A program made the position numbers and the translations under genes. Shown here piece by piece: positions 1-5,192 of a stretch of DNA of 17,097 bases. The stretch's first letter is position 1. Every line of letters begins with the position of its first letter. The notes under the pieces were generated by a model. That model was given only the letters and a program-made list of their open reading frames with translations, did no database searches and was not told where the DNA came from. Origin of the DNA: a virus; IMG/VR virus record IMGVR_UViG_3300035703_000547, positions 1 to 17,097 of that record; one strand, 5' to 3'.

Positions 1-127
1 GACTTATACTGATCTAGTCGTTCGTGGCAGTGTAAGAAATGATCTAGGAAGCCGAGCTAGCTCGAGCTACATCAATTTTAATAGCGACTCCGCGCAGAAT
101 TATTCCAGCACAAGAGTCCGAGGGGAT
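1..127. repeat. Exact terminal duplicate of 16971-17097 (circular closure / assembly overlap)
   Basis: Read directly. 'gacttatactgatctagtcgttcgtggcag...caagagtccgaggggat' at 1-127 is identical base for base to 16971-17097. The reading frame of the ORF starting at 16891 continues without a stop into 128-451. Confidence 0.97.
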
Positions 128-451
128 GGATCATCTGCCACTAGCACAAGATACACAACTTCCAATGCATCCTCATTAGGCGGATCTATTGGCTTTACTA
201 ACGGTTCAACTTCAACGAGTAACACATTTAGTTCATTTGAGATTTATGTGCCAAATTATGCAACATCAAATCAAAAAGCCTATGGCATTTCATTAGTCAA
301 TGAAAACAATGATGTAACAGCAGATGCTCTGGCTTTGGCAAATCTTTACAATCAAACAACTGCTATTTCATCATTGACGATTTATCCCGGAAACTCTGTG
401 AACTGGGTTTTAGGTTCATCTTTCTATCTATACGGCATCAAGAACTCATAA
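2..451 (+). CDS. 3' portion of paralog 3 of the tandem beta-rich tail-fibre/receptor-binding-like family (5' end is at 16891 across the circular junction; whole protein about 176 aa)
   Basis: Frame 2 is open from base 2 to TAA 449-451. It translates as TYTDLVVRGSVRNDLGSRASSSYINFNSDSAQNYSSTRVRGDGSS...AISSLTIYPGNSVNWVLGSSFYLYGIKNS. It shares the N-terminal, GDG and C-terminal LYGI blocks with 15813-16391 and 16392-16889. The track lists only the GTG-started fragment 248-451. Confidence 0.75.
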   Translation, partial: TYTDLVVRGSVRNDLGSRASSSYINFNSDSAQNYSSTRVRGDGSSATSTRYTTSNASSLGGSIGFTNGSTSTSNTFSSFEIYVPNYATSNQKAYGISLVNENNDVTADALALANLYNQTTAISSLTIYPGNSVNWVLGSSFYLYGIKNS

Positions 452-460
452 GGAGCAACA

Positions 461-676
461 ATGACAACAGCAATTGAAGTAAACTGTGCAACAGGTGAGG
501 TCATCGAGCGTCCATTGACAGCCGATGAAATCGCAGCCAACGAAGCAGCAGCCGCACAGGCTGAGGCCGAGCGTCTAGCGGCGGAGGCAGAAGCTGCAAC
601 CAAGGCAGCGGCTAAGGCTGACCTATTGGCAAAGCTTGGCATTACTGCAGAAGAAGCGGCTTTGTTACTTGCATGA
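461..676 (+). CDS. Small Ala/Glu-rich helical protein, function unknown (sits between the fibre genes and the endolysin)
   Basis: AGGAG at 451-455 lies 5 nt upstream of ATG 461. The 71-aa product has a long AEAEA-type predicted helix and a C-terminal LGITAEEAALLL. An ATGA overlap couples it to the next gene. Confidence 0.6.
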   Translation: MTTAIEVNCATGEVIERPLTADEIAANEAAAAQAEAERLAAEAEAATKAAAKADLLAKLGITAEEAALLLA

Positions 677-1101
677 AAGTAAAGCTCTCTAAGGCTGCTG
701 TTCAGTTAAGAGAACAGATAGATGACTCATTCCCAGATCGTGACCGCACATCGGATGGTTGGATCGGTGATACCCGACACGCTGCTCGCAAGTCTGATCA
801 TAATCCAGATGAGGCGGGTTGGGTTCGTGCCATCGATGTCGATCGTGACTTATTTAAGGGATCGAAACCAGACATCATGCCTGATCTTGCAGATCAGCTT
901 CGTGTCGCTTGCAAGTCTAAGCGGGAGAACCGTGTTAGTTACATCATCTTCGATGGGAAGATCTGCTCACCCATCTTCAATTGGAAGTGGCGCAAGTACA
1001 CAGGGGCTAACAAACACACGAAGCACTGTCATGTCTCGTTTAAGAAAGCGGCTGACAATGATTCGGCTTTTTATAACTTATCTATGTTAGGCGGAGAATA
1101 A
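673..1101 (+). CDS. Putative endolysin, LAS/peptidase M15-like zinc peptidoglycan peptidase
   Basis: The motif arrangement SDHNP...VRAIDVD (His...Asp) plus HTKHCHVS (HxH) resembles Zn ligands of LAS/M15 enzymes. It is located directly before two small membrane proteins, which is lysis-cassette synteny. The His-Asp spacing is longer than the classical one, so the assignment is tentative. Confidence 0.55.
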   Translation: MKVKLSKAAVQLREQIDDSFPDRDRTSDGWIGDTRHAARKSDHNPDEAGWVRAIDVDRDLFKGSKPDIMPDLADQLRVACKSKRENRVSYIIFDGKICSPIFNWKWRKYTGANKHTKHCHVSFKKAADNDSAFYNLSMLGGE

Positions 1102-1241
1102 TGAAGATCAAGCACCCTGCATACCTAGCCGCTGGAGCATTTCTAGCTGCATGGGCATCATCCAACTTTGAGGCAGATTACCGCGCAATCCTCTGGGCTG
1201 TGCTATCAGGTGTGTTCGGATACGCGAGCCCTAAAAAGTGA
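1101..1241 (+). CDS. Small two-helix membrane protein, holin/pinholin candidate (46 aa, not in the ORF track)
   Basis: The ATG at 1101 overlaps the endolysin stop (TAATG). The translation is MKIKHPAYLAAGAFLAAWASSNFEADYRAILWAVLSGVFGYASPKK, with two short hydrophobic segments and a charged C-terminus. Confidence 0.5.
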   Translation: MKIKHPAYLAAGAFLAAWASSNFEADYRAILWAVLSGVFGYASPKK

Positions 1242-1387
1242 CACAGACAGATTTCTTTCAGCTCTACATCGCCACGATCGTAGCCCTTGGTGGCTTGTCA
1301 GGCTTTGTCATTACCCATCTACTGGCAGAAATCAAGCGACTACATGCGCGTGTCGATGAGATCTATAACATCCTTCTAGAGCGATAA
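1238..1387 (+). CDS. Small single-pass membrane protein, second holin/antiholin candidate (49 aa, not in the ORF track)
   Basis: GTG 1238 overlaps the TGA of the previous ORF (GTGA). The translation is (M)TQTDFFQLYIATIVALGGLSGFVITHLLAEIKRLHARVDEIYNILLER, with one TM helix and a charged amphipathic tail. The alternative listed ORF 1168-1359 gives Cys/Arg-rich nonsense. Confidence 0.45.
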   Translation: MTQTDFFQLYIATIVALGGLSGFVITHLLAEIKRLHARVDEIYNILLER

Positions 1388-1394
1388 TTTTCTC

Positions 1395-1619
1395 ATGGCA
1401 AGAAAAGCAACTAAGCAATTGCAGGATGAAGGCTACTCAGCTCTTGATGCTTACTGCATTGGGATGTTTGAGTTTTTTGGCAGTCTTATCAAGTCTGGCT
1501 TTCCCGAGGATTTAGCGTTAGCAATCATCGTTGAACGCTCGGCTTACCCTCATTGGATCTTGCCAGATCCGATAGAACCTGAGAAGTATGGCGATTATGA
1601 AGATGAGGATGACGATTAA
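1395..1619 (+). CDS. Hypothetical protein with acidic C-terminal tail (74 aa)
   Basis: An ATG-initiated ORF that fills the gap between the lysis genes and the phosphoesterase. It ends ...YGDYEDEDDD. I recognise no family. Confidence 0.5.
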   Translation: MARKATKQLQDEGYSALDAYCIGMFEFFGSLIKSGFPEDLALAIIVERSAYPHWILPDPIEPEKYGDYEDEDDD

Positions 1620-2361
1620 GCGAATAGTCGTAGTCTCGGACTTACAAGTCCCATACCATGACAGGGTTGCAACTCGTAACCTTGCTAGTTTCATCTCTAA
1701 GTTCAAGCCAGATCAAGTAGTCACCATTGGTGATGAGATCGATCTTCCACAGATCAGCAAGTGGGAGGAAGGGCGCATGGGCTCATATGCCCAGACCCTA
1801 GATGATGATCGTAACGAGGCTGTGCAGCTTCTCTGGGAGTTAGGCGTAACAGACTGCATCCGTAGCAATCACACAGATCGCTTATACAACATCATCATGG
1901 CTAAAGTCCCAGCCTTCGGTGCTTTGCCAGAGCTACGCTTTGAGAAGTTCATGAAGTTCGATGAGTTAGGGATTACCTTTCATAAGAATCCTATGCCTAT
2001 CGCACCTAACTGGATTGCAGTTCATGGAGACCACACACCCATCAAGCCACAGGGGGGCTTATCAGCCCTAGAAGCGGCTCGTAGGCATGGTAAGAATGTC
2101 ATCTCAGGTCATACCCACAGAGCAGGGCGTTCAGCCTTCTCAGAGGCTTCTGGAGGGCGTATAGGGCGTGTCCTACATGGTGTTGAGGTAGGCAATCTTA
2201 TGGACTTTAAGCAAGCTGCATACACCAAGGGTGTAGCCAATTGGCAGCAAGCCTTTGCCATCATCTATGTCAATAAGAGCAAGGTTCAAGTGGACTTAAT
2301 CCACATCGAGAAGGATGGCACATTCATTGTGTCTGGAAAGTCTTACGGTCGCGCCAGATAG
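1588..2361 (+). CDS. Calcineurin-like metallophosphoesterase
   Basis: The full ordered motif set is present: VVSDLQVPYHD (DxH), TIGDEID (GDxxD), RSNH (GNH-like), AVHGDH and SGHTHR (GHxH). The start is ambiguous: in-frame ATGs occur at 1588, 1597, 1603 and 1609. Confidence 0.9.
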   Translation: MAIMKMRMTIKRIVVVSDLQVPYHDRVATRNLASFISKFKPDQVVTIGDEIDLPQISKWEEGRMGSYAQTLDDDRNEAVQLLWELGVTDCIRSNHTDRLYNIIMAKVPAFGALPELRFEKFMKFDELGITFHKNPMPIAPNWIAVHGDHTPIKPQGGLSALEAARRHGKNVISGHTHRAGRSAFSEASGGRIGRVLHGVEVGNLMDFKQAAYTKGVANWQQAFAIIYVNKSKVQVDLIHIEKDGTFIVSGKSYGRAR

Positions 2362-2404
2362 GTCTAAATTTAGGTCTAAATCGTTATCGTTTCGTTATCT
2401 AAAT
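2359..2404. promoter_or_regulatory. Cluster of short direct repeats/palindromes in the largest intergenic region (candidate operator/iteron set)
   Basis: TAGGTCTAAAT occurs at 2359-2369 and 2371-2381 (12-bp period). This creates the perfect palindrome CTAAATTTAG at 2364-2373. TCGTTATC occurs at 2381-2388 and 2392-2399 (11-bp period). A third TCTAAAT lies at 2398-2404. Confidence 0.4.
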
Positions 2405-2480
2405 GTACTTGATTCGTCTGGGCTTTATGTCACACTAACTCTGTAAGCAACCAAGGGCGTTGCTACAGATAGGAAAGAAA

Positions 2481-2591
2481 ATGAACACAGAGACTCACCA
2501 GTTTATCCAAGATGTTTGTGAGATGTTTGACAATGGCAAGATTACAGCTTCAGAGCTTGCAGAGCTTTTGACATCAAAGCAGGTTGCATAA
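2481..2591 (+). CDS. Micro-ORF, hypothetical 36-aa protein (not in the ORF track)
   Basis: AGGAAAG at 2471-2477 precedes ATG 2481. The translation is MNTETHQFIQDVCEMFDNGKITASELAELLTSKQVA. A TAATG overlap couples it to the next ORF. Confidence 0.4.
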   Translation: MNTETHQFIQDVCEMFDNGKITASELAELLTSKQVA

Positions 2592-2740
2592 TGGCAAACA
2601 CAGACAAGTTGCTTCTTATCTGCATCTTGGGCATGGTTATTGGCTTCATTATCGTGATCATCGATGTTCAACGCACAGCCTATGACAAGGGCGTACGCGA
2701 TGGATACCATCGAGGTCGCAGCATCAAGGGGCAGGAATGA
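2591..2740 (+). CDS. Small single-pass membrane protein (49 aa, not in the ORF track)
   Basis: The translation is MANTDKLLLICILGMVIGFIIVIIDVQRTAYDKGVRDGYHRGRSIKGQE. It has one strong TM helix and a basic tail. It is coupled on both sides (TAATG upstream, ATGA downstream). Confidence 0.45.
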   Translation: MANTDKLLLICILGMVIGFIIVIIDVQRTAYDKGVRDGYHRGRSIKGQE

Positions 2741-3015
2741 GAGCCAGTGAGATCCTCTTATCAGCAACAGACACAATCCGCGAGCGTGGCTTATCATACG
2801 GTCACCCTTCAGATAACCTGCAACACACAGCGATGCTCCTCTCAGCATACTTACAGACACCGATACATGACTATCAAGTCGCAGGGATCATGGTGCTTGT
2901 TAAACTTGCGAGGACTAATCAGTCAGCCCAGCACATCGACAACTGGGTCGACCTATGCAGCTATGGCGCACTCGCAGGACAACTAGCAACCGAGGAGAAC
3001 GACCTTTATGTTTAA
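2737..3015 (+). CDS. Conserved phage protein, DUF6378-like
   Basis: The motif pattern is RERGLSYGHPSDNLQHTAMLLSAYL...VAGIMVLVKLAR...HIDNWVDLCSYGAL. This matches my memory of the R-x3-YG / K-L-x-R / D-x2-D-x2-Y signature of that small all-helical phage family. Confidence 0.7.
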   Translation: MRASEILLSATDTIRERGLSYGHPSDNLQHTAMLLSAYLQTPIHDYQVAGIMVLVKLARTNQSAQHIDNWVDLCSYGALAGQLATEENDLYV

Positions 3016-3661
3016 TTTAGCCGATTACGAGCCAGTTGAGGTGAGACTTGAAAAGTTTATTAAGGACTATCCATCATTCCGTATTGCAACAGAGCTTGAA
3101 GTGGTCGAGGCAACTCGATACATTGTTAAGGCTTATCTATTTAAGGATGCTAGCGATGGCGTTGCGTGGGCAACAGGCTACGCTGAGGAAACAGTTACTA
3201 GTCGCGGGGTTAATCAGACTTCAGCACTGGAGAATTGTGAGACTTCAGCGATCGGCAGGGCACTTGCAAATGCAGGTTATGCGCCTAAAGGAAAGAGACC
3301 AAGCCGCGAGGAAATGACTAAGGTTGTTGCTGCTAAGCCAGTCAAGCCACCTGTTCAAGAGGTTAAAGCAGATGATCAGGATTACTGGACTACTCCAGTG
3401 GGTCAATACAACAAGGTAGTTGATGCGCCTGTCACGCTTGACAAAGCAATGCAGACAGTAACCGCAATCATGGGAACACCTGAAGCAGTAGAAGCACCAA
3501 GCTGTGAGCATGGGCACATGCGCTTTAAGGAAGGCGAGAAGAACGGCAAGCCATGGGGCGGCTACTTCTGTGACACAGCAATCTCATCGGCACACAGATG
3601 CCCTACTCGCTGGTATCAATTGGTAGATGGCAAGTGGCAGCCTCAGAAGGCGTGGGCATAA
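3008..3661 (+). CDS. Possible Rad52/Sak-like single-strand annealing protein with a C-terminal Cys/His zinc module
   Basis: AWATGYAEETV...NQTSALENCETSAIGRALANAGY resembles the acidic-x-[ST][DS]A-x-x-RA-x3-G helix of Rad52-family annealases. The C-terminus, CEHGHMRFKEGEKNGKPWGGYFCDTAISSAHRC, looks like a topoisomerase-type zinc finger. The CDS call is firm; the function is tentative. Confidence 0.55.
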   Translation: MFNLADYEPVEVRLEKFIKDYPSFRIATELEVVEATRYIVKAYLFKDASDGVAWATGYAEETVTSRGVNQTSALENCETSAIGRALANAGYAPKGKRPSREEMTKVVAAKPVKPPVQEVKADDQDYWTTPVGQYNKVVDAPVTLDKAMQTVTAIMGTPEAVEAPSCEHGHMRFKEGEKNGKPWGGYFCDTAISSAHRCPTRWYQLVDGKWQPQKAWA

Positions 3662-3662
3662 C

Positions 3663-3863
3663 ATGGGCTTTGTAGAGTACTTTGATGAGACAACTGGTCA
3701 ATGGATTAACATTGAGGACATTCCTATGATTGACACAGTCAATTGCCAATTATGCAATGAGCCAACAATGGCGAAAGACATAATTGCTGAAATACTTGTA
3801 AAAGATGAGCAATTAATTGTAGGTGCGTGGCAGTGCCGCAAGTGTAAAGCAGTCAATGGCTAG
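3663..3863 (+). CDS. Small zinc-ribbon protein (66 aa)
   Basis: ATG 3663 lies 1 nt after the previous stop. I prefer it to the track start at 3627, which overlaps the upstream gene. There are two CxxC pairs (NCQLCN, QCRKCK). Confidence 0.6.
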   Translation: MGFVEYFDETTGQWINIEDIPMIDTVNCQLCNEPTMAKDIIAEILVKDEQLIVGAWQCRKCKAVNG

Positions 3864-4335
3864 TCAAGCAAGGAAACATAGAGGCTTCCGAACAGAACGC
3901 GTAGTCGCACAGTACCTATCGACTGTGTGGAGTGGTGCAACTGTTGGGAGAGGTAGTGGCAAGGATATTGTCAATGTACCGTTCGATGTTGAGGTCAAAG
4001 CCCGCGCTGGATTTCAACCTCTTGCCTACATTCGTCAATTGAAAGCTCGTACGGCTCTTTCGGGGGAATTGGGCTTTGGAGTGATTAGACTCAACGGACA
4101 AGGTGAAGATGCGCGTGAGTATGCCGCCATCATCCGTCTAGAGGATCTCTTGCCACTACTTATACTAAAGTACGGTCATCTTACTAGCGAACCCACAGAG
4201 GCAGACATTGACCGCTGCACAGGCTGTGGGTCTTACATGATACAGAGGTGCTTGACATGCCAGCCTACGACTACCGATGCACACAATGCGATCTTAGTCA
4301 AGAGATTACCCATGGATGGTACGACAGACCAATGA
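3856..4335 (+). CDS. PD-(D/E)xK nuclease, Holliday-junction resolvase (Hjc/VRR-NUC)-like, with a C-terminal CxxC-x7-CxxC knuckle
   Basis: The motifs are RTERVVAQYL ... GSGKDIVNVPFDVEVKAR (E ... D ... ExK). The C-terminal knuckle is RCTGCGSYMIQRCLTCQ. ATG 3856 gives an 8-nt overlap with the upstream gene and is preferred to track start 3823. Confidence 0.7.
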   Translation: MASQARKHRGFRTERVVAQYLSTVWSGATVGRGSGKDIVNVPFDVEVKARAGFQPLAYIRQLKARTALSGELGFGVIRLNGQGEDAREYAAIIRLEDLLPLLILKYGHLTSEPTEADIDRCTGCGSYMIQRCLTCQPTTTDAHNAILVKRLPMDGTTDQ

Positions 4336-4427
4336 TCCCATGCACATACTGTAATGAGCCTATGGTTAAGGTAATTGCAGCTAATCCAATTCACTTTAAG
4401 GGCAAAGGATGGGGCAAAGATGTTTAG
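4257..4427 (+). CDS. FmdB-family (CxxC_CxxC_SSSS-type) zinc-ribbon protein, 56 aa (not in the ORF track)
   Basis: The translation is MPAYDYRCTQCDLSQEITHGWYDRPMIPCTYCNEPMVKVIAANPIHFKGKGWGKDV. It has the hallmark MPxYxYxCxxC start, a second CxxC and an FKGxGW tail. It overlaps the 3' end of the nuclease gene by 79 nt in another frame. Confidence 0.7.
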   Translation: MPAYDYRCTQCDLSQEITHGWYDRPMIPCTYCNEPMVKVIAANPIHFKGKGWGKDV

Positions 4428-4713
4428 AGATCAATGTGTATTTAAGAAACGCAAGGGTGAGTGTTATCACCAAATAAAGCAAGAAATTAGGCGTTATGAA
4501 ATGCCTAAATGGCGTGGTAGAGCTATAAATCATGTTCATTATTTAAGAGAAACTGAACTGTGCAAAGGTAGGGTTGTAAAAACTGAGATTGCTCAAGTAC
4601 ACATTACGGGTACTGTTGTGGGCTTTCATTCTACTTATCGTAATGTGCTAAAACATGATTACTTTGAGATCGCTGGACAAACATCACGCCATGATTGGTA
4701 CAGTTTTAGATAA
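4420..4713 (+). CDS. Hypothetical basic protein (97 aa) in an AT-rich segment
   Basis: The ORF is open from 4375. ATG 4420 gives an 8-nt overlap with the FmdB-like gene. GC counted in one sampled 60-nt line (4441-4500) is about 35%, against about 47% in a typical structural-gene line. I recognise no family. Confidence 0.5.
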   Translation: MFRDQCVFKKRKGECYHQIKQEIRRYEMPKWRGRAINHVHYLRETELCKGRVVKTEIAQVHITGTVVGFHSTYRNVLKHDYFEIAGQTSRHDWYSFR

Positions 4714-4715
4714 AT

Positions 4716-4740
4716 AGTTATCCACAGAAGTTATCCACAG
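4716..4740. promoter_or_regulatory. Two tandem perfect DnaA-box consensus sequences (TTATCCACA)
   Basis: AGTTATCCACAG occurs at 4716-4727 and again at 4729-4740. The box cores lie at 4718-4726 and 4731-4739, in the same orientation with a 13-bp period. They sit 12 nt upstream of ATG 4752. Confidence 0.6.
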
Positions 4741-4751
4741 GGGGTAAAAAC

Positions 4752-5192
4752 ATGGCGACACGCCCAAGATTACACATGGTGCTTCCCATATATGGTACGC
4801 TAACACAGCAGAGCCTCTCAAAGGCTCACCGCGAGCCCCTTAGGGGCGTAGCTCGCGGGGTGCTAGTAGCTATTGGGATAGCTCTATGCATTATGCCTGA
4901 TGCAGGTGGATCTAAACCAATGCAATATGTAACTTATAAAGAGTATGCATTACATTTATTACATTATGATTATAAGCAAATGAAGTGCTTAGGTAAGCTC
5001 TATGGTAAAGAGAGTGCATGGAATCCTAAAGCTAATAATGGTTCACACTATGGAATACCACAAGGTAAGAGTGAGTGGCTTAAAGACCAAGATGGTTATG
5101 CTCAAGTAAGATGGGGCTTATCATATATAGAGCATAGATACTCAACTCCATGCAATGCTTACGATCATTGGAAGGCACACAATTGGCATTAG
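4752..5192 (+). CDS. Signal-anchored lysozyme-like/lytic transglycosylase-family protein (actinobacterial/APF-like C-terminal domain)
   Basis: The C-terminal domain is CLGKLYGKESAWNPKANNGSHYGIPQGKSEW...VRWGLSYIEHRYSTPCNAYDHWKAHNWH. This matches the remembered pattern C-L-x-x-L-x-x-ES-x-W-N-x-x-A-x-N...YGIPQ...WGL-x-YI-x-x-RY-x-x-PC-x-A-x-x-H...GWY. An N-terminal hydrophobic segment, GVLVAIGIALCIM, is present. GGGGG/SD lies upstream of ATG 4752. Alternative starts are ATG 4776 and GTG 4860. Confidence 0.72.
   Translation: MATRPRLHMVLPIYGTLTQQSLSKAHREPLRGVARGVLVAIGIALCIMPDAGGSKPMQYVTYKEYALHLLHYDYKQMKCLGKLYGKESAWNPKANNGSHYGIPQGKSEWLKDQDGYAQVRWGLSYIEHRYSTPCNAYDHWKAHNWH

Noticed and set aside
424-642. 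Minus-strand 72-aa ORF (Ala/Ser-rich) opposite the 461-676 gene
   Set aside because: It is an antisense shadow of a GCN-rich Ala/Glu coding region. It has no SD, and the + strand gene has AGGAG and coupling to its neighbours.
1168-1359. 63-aa + strand ORF listed in the track
   Set aside because: It is out of frame with two better-supported membrane micro-ORFs (1101-1241, 1238-1387) that are start/stop-coupled to the endolysin. Its sequence (…SDTRALKSDTDRFLSALHRHDRSPWW…) is not membrane- or protein-like.
2495-2860. Minus-strand 121-aa ORF spanning the early small-gene region
   Set aside because: Its translation is Cys/His/Leu-rich with no recognisable features. The + strand here holds three tightly coupled ORFs, including a recognisable DUF6378-like protein.
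4811-4827. tRNA-like anticodon arm (GAGCC-TCTCAAA-GGCTC, would read as anticodon UCA)
   Set aside because: Position 33 of the loop would be C, not U. No T-arm with a GTTCRA-type 7-nt loop and no acceptor or D stems can be drawn from the flanks. The adjacent hairpin has a 3-nt inner loop. This is not a tRNA.
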